The position numbers and the translations under genes were made by a program. Positions 33,107 to 41,570 of a stretch of 64,000 nt of DNA are shown piece after piece (within the stretch, counting starts at the first letter, position 1; every line of letters starts with the position of its first letter). Source of the stretch: an uncultured Actinomycetota bacterium (GTDB lineage Bacteria; Actinomycetota; Actinomycetes; Mycobacteriales; SCTD01); the NCBI GenBank assembly GCA_963806415.1, contig CAWDYD010000005.1, positions 1,540,287-1,604,286 of the forward strand, given 5' to 3'. The notes under the pieces were generated by a model, which was given only the letters and a program-made list of their open reading frames with translations, was not told where the DNA came from and searched no databases.

Positions 33107-34054
33107 ATGAGCGGACCAGTGACAGGGACCGGGGCCACGCCCCTCGACGTCGTCGACGAGCCTGGGTCGCCAGGCGTGGAGCTGTCCGACAGCCGGGACG
33201 AGCGGGTCGGCCACATCCGCGTTCGACGTGCGCTGCCCCGGCGCGGCCGACGCACCGTCGGCGCCTGGTGCTTCGCCGACCACATGGGACCCGCGGACGT
33301 CTCCGAGACGTCGGGCCTGGACATCGGTGCGCATCCGCACATCGGCCTGCAGACGGTCACCTGGCTCGTCGAGGGGCAGGCGCTGCACCGCGACAGCCTG
33401 GGCAGTGAGCAGCTCCTCAGCCCCGGCGAGCTCAACCTGATGAGCGCCGGTCGCGGCGTCAGCCACAGCGAGGAGGCGACCGGTCACTACCGCGGCCGCC
33501 TCGAGGGTCTCCAGCTGTGGATCGCGCAGCCCGAGCAGACCCGTGACAGCCCACCCGACTTCGAGCATCACGGCGAGCTGCCTCGGGTCGAGCTCGACCG
33601 CGCCGTGGCGACGGTCCTCATTGGCGAGCTCGCCGGCGGGCTGAGCCCGGCGCGCAACGACACCCCGCTCGTGGGCGCCGACCTGACCCTGGACCGTGGC
33701 GGCAGCGCCGTGCCGCTGCGGCCGGACTGGGAGTACGCGCTGGTCGTCCTGCGGGGGGCGGCCGGCGTGGAGGGGCAGGTCCTCGAACCGGGCCGGCTCG
33801 CCTACCTCGGCACGGGCCGTGACGAGCTCGGGCTGGACGCGCTGGAGCCGACCCGGGCCGTGCTGCTCGGCGGGGAGCCGCTCGAGGAGCAGCTGGTCAT
33901 GTGGTGGAACTTCGTCGGCCGCAGCCGCGACGAGATCTCCCTGGCCTACGACGCCTGGCAGCGGCAGGACGAGCGCTTCGGCCGGGTGCGCTCGGCGCTG
34001 CCGCGGATCCCGGCTCCTCCGCCGTACTGGACGGCGTCGGGTCCGGGTGCCTGA
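33107..34054 (+). CDS. pirin family protein
   Basis: ATG 33107, 315 aa and intact. Motifs: FADHMGP...GAHPHIGLQTVTWLVEG...MSAGRGVSHSE. Confidence 0.88.
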   Translation: MSGPVTGTGATPLDVVDEPGSPGVELSDSRDERVGHIRVRRALPRRGRRTVGAWCFADHMGPADVSETSGLDIGAHPHIGLQTVTWLVEGQALHRDSLGSEQLLSPGELNLMSAGRGVSHSEEATGHYRGRLEGLQLWIAQPEQTRDSPPDFEHHGELPRVELDRAVATVLIGELAGGLSPARNDTPLVGADLTLDRGGSAVPLRPDWEYALVVLRGAAGVEGQVLEPGRLAYLGTGRDELGLDALEPTRAVLLGGEPLEEQLVMWWNFVGRSRDEISLAYDAWQRQDERFGRVRSALPRIPAPPPYWTASGPGA

Positions 34055-34130
34055 CGCCGGGCCGGCGTCAGTCCACCTCTGCAGGCTGCCGGCGCGCTCC
34101 GCGCCGTCCCCGGCCTGCCAGGATCGCGGC

Positions 34131-35333
34131 ATGACCGACCCCCCTGCACTGGACGGCGCGCCGGGCTGGCGCGCCGTCGCGGTGGCCTTCGCCGCGATGG
34201 CGACGACCTTCGGCATCGCGTACTCCTTCGGCGCCTTCCTGCTGCCGATCAGCGCCGAGCTCGGCGCCGGCCGCGGCGCGACGGCCGGCATCTTCTCGCT
34301 GACCACCGTCGCGCTGTTCGGCCTCGGCGGGCTGTCCGGCCCGGCGGTCGACCGGTTCGGCCCGAGGCGGGTGCTGGTCGTCGGCGCGGTGTCGCTCGGG
34401 CTGGGGCTGCTGCTCACCTCGCGCGCGACGTCGCTCTGGCAGGCCTATCTCGGACACGGCGTCGGCGTGGGGCTCGCGGTCGCCTGCGCGTACGTGCCGT
34501 TGGTCGCGGTGGTGGGCGGTTGGTTCGACCGGCGGCGCACGCTGGCGGTCGGGGTCGCCGTGAGCGGCATCGGGCTCGGGACGCTCGCGGGCGCACCGAT
34601 CGCCGCGGCGCTGGTGGAGAGGGTCGGCTGGCGCGACGCCTACCTCATGCTCGGCGCCGTCGGCGTCACCGTGCTGCTGATCTGCGCCGCGTTCGTGCGG
34701 GCCGCCGGCGCCGTGGCCGGCGCGGAGCACGTGCCGCTGCGGCCGCGCCTGCGGCAGCCGGACTACCTGCGGCTGTACGCGGCCGGGCTGCTGCTGTCGG
34801 TCGCGCTGTTCGTACCGTTCGTGCACCTGCCCTCGTACGCGCAGGCGGGCGGTGCCGGACCCGTCGCGGCCGCCGCCCTGGTCGGCGTCATCGGCGCGGC
34901 CAGCGTCGCCGGGCGGCTGGCGCTCGGCGCCGTCGCCGCCCGGACCGGCACGCTGCGCACCTATCAGGCCTGCTTCGCGCTCATCGCCGGCAGCTTCCTC
35001 GTATGGCTGGGCTCGCCCGGCTACGCCGGCCTGGTGGTCTTCGCGCTGCTGCTCGGGCTCGGGTACGGCGGGTTCGTGGCGCTCGGGCCGCCCCTGGTCG
35101 CCGAGACCTTCGGCGTGCACGGGCTCGGCGGCCTGCTCGGCGTGCTGTACACGTCCGCCGCACTCGGATCGGCCGTCGGCCCGCCCGTCGCCGGGGTGCT
35201 CATCGGCGCGAGCGGCGGGTACGCCTCGAGCATCGCCGGGGCGCTGGCGGTCGCCACCGTCGCGGTCGGCGTCGTGCTCACCGTGGGCCGGACGCGCCGG
35301 GCAGCGACGGGTGTGCCGGTGGGGCGGCGCTGA
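34131..35333 (+). CDS. MFS transporter (oxalate/formate antiporter-like)
   Basis: ATG 34131, 400 aa and intact with 12 hydrophobic segments. It contains GPAVDRFGPRRVLVVG. Confidence 0.85.
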   Translation: MTDPPALDGAPGWRAVAVAFAAMATTFGIAYSFGAFLLPISAELGAGRGATAGIFSLTTVALFGLGGLSGPAVDRFGPRRVLVVGAVSLGLGLLLTSRATSLWQAYLGHGVGVGLAVACAYVPLVAVVGGWFDRRRTLAVGVAVSGIGLGTLAGAPIAAALVERVGWRDAYLMLGAVGVTVLLICAAFVRAAGAVAGAEHVPLRPRLRQPDYLRLYAAGLLLSVALFVPFVHLPSYAQAGGAGPVAAAALVGVIGAASVAGRLALGAVAARTGTLRTYQACFALIAGSFLVWLGSPGYAGLVVFALLLGLGYGGFVALGPPLVAETFGVHGLGGLLGVLYTSAALGSAVGPPVAGVLIGASGGYASSIAGALAVATVAVGVVLTVGRTRRAATGVPVGRR

Positions 35334-35397
35334 CCGATCGACGGCCCGCCCCCCCGACGGGCCGAGTACCGTCCCGGTCACCTTCCGTGGAGGTGCA

Positions 35398-36192
35398 GTG
35401 GGCGACGTCGAGGGTGCGCGTACGTTCGCCGTTTCCGGCCGGGCGTACGACTCGTTCATGGGTCGGTACTCGCGGGCCCTGAGCGAACCGTTCGCGGACG
35501 CCGCGGGCGTGTCCGGCGGCGACACGGCGCTCGACGTCGGCTGTGGCCCGGGTGCGCTCACCGGAGTCCTGGTGACGCGCCTCGGGGCGGACTCCGTGTA
35601 CGCGTGTGACCCGTCCCCGCCGTTCCGCGATGCCTGCGCGGCGCGGCACCCGGGTGTGGTCGTCGAGCTGGGCCGCGCCGAGGCCCTCCCCTTCGCGGAC
35701 CACCTCGTCGATCATGCTCTGGCGCAGCTGGTGCTGCACTTCGTGTCCGACCCGCGACAGGCCGTCTCGGAGATGGTGCGGGTCGTTCGCCCCGGCGGCA
35801 GCGTCGCCGCGTGCGTGTGGGACTTCGCCGACGGGATGGAGATGCTCCGCCGGTTCTGGGACGCCGCCCTGAGCCTCGATCCGGACGCGCCCGACGAGGC
35901 GCGGACGCTGCGGTTCGGGCGGCCGGGCGAGATCGCCGAACTCTTCTCCTCCGCGTCCCTGGATGCTGTCGTGGAGTCGACGCTGTGCGTCGAGTCGACG
36001 TACGCGTCGTTCGACGAGCTCTGGGAGGGCTTCCTCACCGGCGTCGGGCCTGCCGGCGCCTACTGCGTGTCCCTGCCCGACGCGGCCCGGGAGCGGCTGC
36101 GCGCCGCGCTGTTCACCAGATGCGGTTCCCCTCACGGCTCGATGACCCTGAAGGCTGTCTCGCGCTGCGCCGTCGCGCGTGTTCCCGGCTGA
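35398..36192 (+). CDS. class I SAM-dependent methyltransferase
   Basis: GTG 35398 follows ggagg. Motif I is ALDVGCGPGAL, and the post-I and II regions are present. It is 264 aa. Confidence 0.85.
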   Translation: MGDVEGARTFAVSGRAYDSFMGRYSRALSEPFADAAGVSGGDTALDVGCGPGALTGVLVTRLGADSVYACDPSPPFRDACAARHPGVVVELGRAEALPFADHLVDHALAQLVLHFVSDPRQAVSEMVRVVRPGGSVAACVWDFADGMEMLRRFWDAALSLDPDAPDEARTLRFGRPGEIAELFSSASLDAVVESTLCVESTYASFDELWEGFLTGVGPAGAYCVSLPDAARERLRAALFTRCGSPHGSMTLKAVSRCAVARVPG

Positions 36193-36617
36193 GCGAACGA
36201 CGGCACCGACCGCCGGCGCGACGCCGCCGGCACCCTCCGCACCGACCGCCCACCGCCGTCGTGTCGTCCCTCCGGGACCCGGCCCGGCCCTGGCCGTTGA
36301 CGGCCCCCCGAGGCTTGCGGATACTCCGCCGTCACGGCTTCCGGCCATGATGAGGTGCACATGCCGATCTCTCCGCCCGATCTGCCCGACAGCGCTCACC
36401 GACGGCGCGAGCCACGGCATGGGGCCCGCCGAGGCCGACGTCGCCCCGCGTCCGGCCACCTGACCTGCAGCGTTCCCAAGACCCTTGTGATCTTGCCGAC
36501 CCACAAGATGAACGGGGTGACGCACGTCGAGGATGCGCCCGTGCTGCAGGCGTGGGCCACCCTCGAGCAGGCCGTCGGCCGCCCTCCCTCATCGCGGGTC
36601 CTGGCCGGAGCACGGAC

Positions 36618-37322
36618 GTGAACGGCGTCCACGACCTTGGCGGCACCGACGGCCTCGGCCCGGTCGTCGCCCCCGAGAGCGAGCCGGTCTTCCACGAGGA
36701 GTGGGAGAAGGCGGTTTTCGCGCTGTTCCCGACGAACTTCCGCGCCGGACTGTTCGGCGTTGACGCCTTCCGCTTCGGCATCGAGCAGATGCACCCCGCC
36801 GCCTACCTCGCGTCGGGCTACTACGAGCACTGGCTGCACTGCACGGAGCACTACGCGGTCGGTGCCGGGGTCATCGACGAGGCCGAGCTCGAAGCGCGTA
36901 CCCGCTACTACCTCGAACACCCGGACGAGCCGCTGCCCGACCGCAAGGATTCCGACCTGCTGGCTTTCGTTGACGCGGCGGTGAAGGGCGGCGCCTCGGC
37001 GCGGCGCACGTCCGACAAGCAGGCCGCGTACGAGGTGGGCGACACCGTCACCGTCATCGACGACAGCCCGCGGGGCCACACCCGCAAAGCGCGGTACGTG
37101 CGGGGCAAGACCGGCGTCGTCGTCATGGCGCACGGCACCTTCATCTACCCCGACAGCGCGGGGAATGGCGGCGACGACGCCCCCGAGCACGTCTACACGG
37201 TGAGGTTCACCAACGCCGAGCTGTGGGGCGCCGACCACAGCGAGCCCAACGGCGTCGTGCACTTCGACGTGTGGGAGCCCTACATCGTGCCTGCTACCCG
37301 AAGCGTTGGAGCCGCCTCATGA
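36618..37322 (+). CDS. nthB: nitrile hydratase beta subunit
   Basis: The GTG start gives the canonical N-terminus (M)NGVHDLGG. The sequence continues ...[14 protein letters not shown] and ends ...VRGKTGVVV...YTVRF. It is 234 aa. Confidence 0.92.
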   Translation: MNGVHDLGGTDGLGPVVAPESEPVFHEEWEKAVFALFPTNFRAGLFGVDAFRFGIEQMHPAAYLASGYYEHWLHCTEHYAVGAGVIDEAELEARTRYYLEHPDEPLPDRKDSDLLAFVDAAVKGGASARRTSDKQAAYEVGDTVTVIDDSPRGHTRKARYVRGKTGVVVMAHGTFIYPDSAGNGGDDAPEHVYTVRFTNAELWGADHSEPNGVVHFDVWEPYIVPATRSVGAAS

Positions 37323-37915
37323 CCGTTACCGCTCACACCCAGGCAGAGATCGCCGCACGGGTCAAAGCGCTCGAGTCGCTGATGATCGAAAAGGGGATCA
37401 TGACGACGGAGGCGGTCGACCGGCTCGCCGAGATCTACGAGAACGAGGTCGGCCCGCAGCTCGGGGCCGCCGTCGTGGCCAGGGCGTGGACCGACCCGGA
37501 GTTCAAGGCCCGGCTGCTCGAGGACGGCACGAAGGCCTGCGCAGAGCTCGGGATCGGCGGGCTGCAGGGCGAGGACGTCGTCGCGGTCGAGAACACCGAC
37601 ACCGTGCACCACCTCATCGTCTGCACACTGTGCTCCTGCTACCCCTGGCCACTGCTCGGGCTCCCACCCAACTGGTACAAGGACCCCGCCTACCGGGCAC
37701 GCGCCGTGCGCGAGCCGCGGGCGATGCTGCGTGACGACTTCGGCGTCGAGATCCCCGACTCCAAGGAGATCCAGGTCTGGGACTCCAGTTCGGAGATGCG
37801 CTACTGGGTGATTCCGCAGCGCCCGGCCGGCACCGAGGGACTGGACGAGAAGCAGCTCGCAGCGCTCGTCAGCCGCGACGCCATGATCGGCGTCGGACTG
37901 GTCTCGGCTCCCTGA
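37319..37915 (+). CDS. nthA: nitrile hydratase alpha subunit, cobalt type
   Basis: ATG 37319 overlaps the beta stop (ATGA). The metal-binding claw is [10 protein letters not shown], and Thr in CTLCSC indicates the Co type. It is 198 aa. Confidence 0.93.
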   Translation: MTVTAHTQAEIAARVKALESLMIEKGIMTTEAVDRLAEIYENEVGPQLGAAVVARAWTDPEFKARLLEDGTKACAELGIGGLQGEDVVAVENTDTVHHLIVCTLCSCYPWPLLGLPPNWYKDPAYRARAVREPRAMLRDDFGVEIPDSKEIQVWDSSSEMRYWVIPQRPAGTEGLDEKQLAALVSRDAMIGVGLVSAP

Positions 37916-38322
37916 TGCGGCCGGACGCTAGCGAGCTCGGCGACGCGCGCCGCCGGGTCGAGGCGCTCGTGCGCGGACTGCCGGTCAGCTCCGGCGACAG
38001 GGCCTTCGACCAACCCTGGGAGCTCCGGGCGTTCGCGATCGCCGTCGCGGCTTACCACGCCGGGCAGTACGAGTGGTCGGAGTTCCAGCTCTCGCTGTCC
38101 GACTCCATCCGGCGTTGGGAGGACGGCGACGGAGGAGAGCCGTGGTCCTACTACGAGCATTGGCTCGAGGCGCTCGAGACGGTGCTCGCCGGCAACGGGG
38201 TGCTGTCCGACGCGTCGCTCGACGAGCGGACGAGGACCGTGCTCGCGACGCCCAGGAACACCGGTCACCACGAGGCACATCGAGAGCCGGTGGCGATCGA
38301 CCCGGCACGGTCCACTGTCTGA
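37915..38322 (+). CDS. nitrile hydratase accessory (activator) protein
   Basis: ATG 37915 overlaps the alpha stop (TGATG). The beta-subunit-homologous activator signature is FDQPWELRAFAIAVAAYHAG...YYEHWLEALE. It is 135 aa. Confidence 0.85.
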   Translation: MRPDASELGDARRRVEALVRGLPVSSGDRAFDQPWELRAFAIAVAAYHAGQYEWSEFQLSLSDSIRRWEDGDGGEPWSYYEHWLEALETVLAGNGVLSDASLDERTRTVLATPRNTGHHEAHREPVAIDPARSTV

Positions 38323-38323
38323 C

Positions 38324-39070
38324 CTGACCGCCCTCCCGCTGGCGCTCGCGGGCGGGAGTTTCGCTCTCGGGGCGCGGCACGGGCTCGACTGGGACCACAT
38401 CGCCGCCATCACCGACCTCACGGCGCCCCGCGCCCAGGACCGGGCGCACGAGCACGCCCGACGCGGCACGGGCCTTGCGTTCTGGTACTGCACCGGCCAC
38501 GGCCTGGTGCTGTTCGTGTTCGGGATGCTCGTGCTCGCGGTCGGCGTCGGGCTGCCCAGCGCCCTCGACGCCGCCTTCAGCTACGCGGTCGGCACCACGC
38601 TGGTCGTCCTCGGCGGCCTGGTGCTCTACCAACTGGGGCGCGACCGGGGCACCTACCGCTACGCCGGACGAGTCACCATCGCCGTCGGCGCGCTGCGGCG
38701 CGGTTGGGCGCGCGCCCGCCGCCGCGAGGCCCCGGCCACCTGCGGCGACGTCGACCGCCGCGGCGCGTTCCTCGTCGGTCTGCTGCACGGAACCGGCGCC
38801 GAGACGCCCACGCAGGTCGTGCTGTTCGCGACGGCCGGCGCGTCCGGCTCCCAGGCGACCGCCGCCCTCGTGCTGCTCGCCTTCGTCGCCGGGCTCATCG
38901 TCACCGACCTCGGCATCGCGCTCGCCTGGCTGTCCGGTCTGTTGGGTTCCCGGCGCACCCCACGGGTGCAGATCCTCCTCGGCGCCGCCACCGGCATCGC
39001 CTCGCTCACCCTCGGAGCGCTGATCCTCACCGGATACAGCGACATCGTCGCGCCCCTCGCCGGTACCTGA
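38324..39070 (+). CDS. NicO/NiCoT-like putative cobalt transporter (short form), start codon unresolved
   Basis: The frame is open from 38324 (CTG, 1 nt after the accessory stop). TM1 LTALPLALAGGSFALGARHGLDWDHIAAI contains an H-X4-D-H motif like the NiCoT signature. The first ATG or GTG is only at 38507, which would delete that segment. The stop is at 39070. Confidence 0.65.
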   Translation: MTALPLALAGGSFALGARHGLDWDHIAAITDLTAPRAQDRAHEHARRGTGLAFWYCTGHGLVLFVFGMLVLAVGVGLPSALDAAFSYAVGTTLVVLGGLVLYQLGRDRGTYRYAGRVTIAVGALRRGWARARRREAPATCGDVDRRGAFLVGLLHGTGAETPTQVVLFATAGASGSQATAALVLLAFVAGLIVTDLGIALAWLSGLLGSRRTPRVQILLGAATGIASLTLGALILTGYSDIVAPLAGT

Positions 39071-39333
39071 GCTGCCTCGAGCGAGGCCACGCTCGGCTGC
39101 GGACAGAAGACCGACCATGCGCGGTCCGTTGCCGAGGCTGCCGCCGCGCGCCCCCGTGAGAAGCAGAACGGGCGGCTCGGAGCGGCCGCGGGTGGAGGCG
39201 CAGTCGCCTCATCGGAGGCCAGATGTCGAGCCGGGCAGCTCTCTCCGGCCCCAGGTCACCGATGCGGCAAGTAGCACGGCAATGGCAGTCTCGATCTTGC
39301 TCCGCGACGCCCGAACCGGCACGGGAGGTCGTC

Positions 39334-39640
39334 ATGGGAGTCGTCGAGGTCGACCCGTTGGCCGTACTGCCCGTCACCACCGCGTCTGCCAGCGCCGCCC
39401 TCGCTCGAGCCAAGGAAACCAGGTCGTGACCTCAACGAGCGGCAGGAGCACCTACGAGCCCTCAGCTCGATGCTCGCCTCGGTCCGTCGGCACCTTGACG
39501 GCTGTGGAGAGGCAGCCGCGCGACTGGCGGCACCGCCATGGCGCCGCGACCCTGGCTCTGGCGCTCGCCGGCGGCGCGGACCTCCAGGTGGTCGCGGAGA
39601 TACTCGGCCACTCCACCATCGCGATCACCGGCCCTGGCAT
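39334..39640 (+). pseudogene. remnant of a tyrosine recombinase (integrase) gene
   Basis: 39533-39632 encodes HRHGAATLALALAGGADLQVVAEILGHSTIAIT. By eye its DNA is near-identical to box II of the intact integrase (42712-42808). The upstream part shows weak, frame-broken similarity. The catalytic Tyr region is missing. Confidence 0.6.
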
Positions 39641-39718
39641 GGAACAGTCCGCTCGAGGTCTGCAGCCGCGCAGCCGTTGCGATGACCGCATGAGCCCACC
39701 GCCGTTACCGTCGGTGTC

Positions 39719-40063
39719 ATGCGCCCCGATCTGTCAGCCGAGCAGTGGGATGCGGTCGAGCACGGCGTCCTGACCGCGCCCGACGGCAGGTCGTTCACGA
39801 GGCGGACGACCCGAGCGAAGCACAAGGACGCCACCGCCCTCGTCGAGGACGGCTGCCCGGTCGTCGTCTACTGGCCGGGCGGGCTTCCCGAGAGGACCGA
39901 GGTGCTGTGGAACGACGGCGAAGATGCCCACCTGGCCTTCGCCGAGGCTAGGTCGGCTCTGACCAGCGACACGCCGGACCCCCGCAAGGGGAGCGTTGCG
40001 ACTGTGGGTCGGTGGGAGACCGAGGACGGCGACGCCTTGCTGGTCGTGACCTGGCACGACTAG
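39719..40063 (+). CDS. hypothetical protein (114 aa), orphan cargo of the decayed integrative element
   Basis: An ATG ORF with normal, non-shadow composition (MRPDLSAEQWDAVEHGVL...GRWETEDGDALLVVTWHD). It ends 22 nt before the IS3 end. No family was recognised. Confidence 0.45.
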   Translation: MRPDLSAEQWDAVEHGVLTAPDGRSFTRRTTRAKHKDATALVEDGCPVVVYWPGGLPERTEVLWNDGEDAHLAFAEARSALTSDTPDPRKGSVATVGRWETEDGDALLVVTWHD

Positions 40064-40085
40064 CCGGTGAGGGTGGGGCCGTTAC

Positions 40086-41351
40086 GGGACTGCTGCAGGT
40101 CGGTTGACACTGGGTGAGTGGTGATCATGCCGCAAGTGCGGCCTGAGTGGTGAAGGCGAGTTCGTACTCGACCGGGGTGAGCTTGCCGAGGGCGCGTTGG
40201 CGTCGGCGGCGGTTGTAGGTGTGCTCGATCCAGAACACGATCGCCTCGTGCAGCTCGTCGCGGGTGCGCCAGCGGCGGCGGTCCAGGACGTTCTTCTGCA
40301 GCAGCGCGTGCCAGGACTCCATCGCGGCGTTGTCGCCGGCGGAGGCGACCCGGCCCATCGAGCCCTGCAGCCCGGCGGCGGTCAGGACCGCCCGGAAGCG
40401 ATCTTGCTCGAAATTGCGATCCTCGGTCCGAGTGCACCACCACGACGCCGGTCGGCTGGCGCCGGGCGACGGCGGTGCGCAGCGCGGTGACGGCGAGCTG
40501 GGCGGTCATCCGCTCGTCGAGGGCGTAGCCGACGATCCGGTTGCTGAACAGGTCCTTGATCGCGCAGCAGTAGAGCTTGCCCTCGGCGGTGGGGTGCTCG
40601 GTGATGTCGGTGACCCAGACCTGGTCCGGCGCCGGCGCGGTGAAGTCCCGCTGGACGTGGTCGTCGTGCACCGCCGGCCCGGGGGTCTTGCCGCTGCCGC
40701 GCCGGCCCTTGCGCACCGTCGCTGACCACAGCTTCTGCTGCGAGCACAGCCGCCAGACCCGCCGCTCACCGACGTCGTGACCGGCGCGCTCGAGCTCGTC
40801 GGCCAGGAACCGGTAGCCGAACTCGGGGTCGTCGCCGTGGGCGTCGATCAGCGCGTTGGTCAGGTAGGCGTCCTCGAGGTCGCGCTGGCTGACCGGGGCG
40901 GCGAGCCAGGCGTAGTACGCCTGCCTCGAGTGGCCGAGCACCCCGCAGGTCAGCCGCACCGGGATGCCCTCGGCGGCCAGGTCACGGACCAGCGGGTAGC
41001 TCATTTTGGGAGCGATGCCGGCAGCGAAGTAGGCCGCCGCCCGGCGCAGGATCTCGTTCTCCATCTCCAGCCGGCGCTTGTCCCGGCGCAGCTGGACCAG
41101 CTCGTTCTGCTCGCTGCTGGTCTGGCCGTCGACGACGCCGTCGTCGACGTCGGCCTGGCGCACCCAGCGCCGGACCGACTCGACCGAGATGTCGAAGTCG
41201 GCAGCGACCTCGGCATGGCTCAGGTCGCCGCGGCGGGCGACCCGCACGACGTCACGCTTGAACTCCGGCGGGAACTTCTTGGGCACAGCGACATCCTTCC
41301 TGCGGGACCTCGTCCCACAGATGGAGTGTCAACCAGACCTGCAGCAGTCCC
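40086..41351 (-). mobile_element. IS3-family insertion sequence (~1.27 kb)
   Basis: The imperfect terminal inverted repeats are GGGACTGCTGCAGGTCGGTTGACACT (40086-) and the reverse complement of 41351 (GGGACTGCTGCAGGTCTGGTTGACACT). It encloses the orfA/orfB transposase. No clear target duplication was seen. Confidence 0.8.
40125..41286 (-). pseudogene. IS3 family transposase (OrfA HTH + OrfB DDE), one frameshift in the catalytic part
   Basis: The orfA part is MPKKFPPEFKRDVVRVARRG...LEMENEILRRAAAYFA. It continues in frame into orfB (MSYPLVRDLAAEGIPV...VWVTDITE...VVVHSDRGSQF). The frame then switches at ~40410 to ...LTAAGLQGSMGRVASAGDNAAMESWHALLQ...KLTPVEYE and stop 40125. Confidence 0.85.
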
Positions 41352-41545
41352 ATCTCGTCACCGCGGCGTCGGTTCTCGGCATCGGGCGGACCACCGCCTA
41401 CGAGCTGGTGCGCACCGGTCGCTGGCCGACCCCGGTCCTTCGTCTCGGCAACCGCATCCGCGTCCCGACCGCCGCGCTCCGCGAGCTGCTCAGCCTGTCC
41501 ACAGCCAGCCCCGAGGTGCAGACGCGGGTCGCCGCCGAGCGGTAG
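41321..41545 (+). pseudogene. excisionase/AlpA-type HTH DNA-binding protein, 5' end replaced by the IS3 insertion
   Basis: Downstream of the IS end the frame reads HLVTAASVLGIGRTTAYELVRTGRWPTPVLRLGNRIRVPTAALRELL, a typical Xis-type HTH. The only in-frame start (ATG 41321) lies inside the IS terminal repeat. Confidence 0.65.
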
Positions 41546-41570
41546 AACCTGACCAGCGAGAGGACCGGCG

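Noticed and set aside
36485-36513. The hairpin or operator CTTGTGatcttgccgaccCACAAG and promoter-like hexamers in the long leader upstream of nthB.
   Set aside because: The arms are only 6 bp with a 12-nt spacer, and no acceptable -10 hexamer lies at the right distance. That is too weak to call. The long untranslated region itself is mentioned under the nitrile hydratase finding.
36355-36621. An 88-aa ORF upstream of nthB as a possible leader peptide or regulator.
   Set aside because: It has no ribosome-binding site and an Arg/Pro-rich translation, and it overlaps the nthB start region out of frame. Nothing resembles known nitrile hydratase regulators.
39027-39773. ORFs 39027-39413 (minus) and 39117-39773 (plus) as real genes.
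   Set aside because: They are Arg-rich with low-complexity translation. The plus ORF is meaningful only where it crosses the integrase box II remnant, so the region is treated as decayed DNA and not as intact genes.
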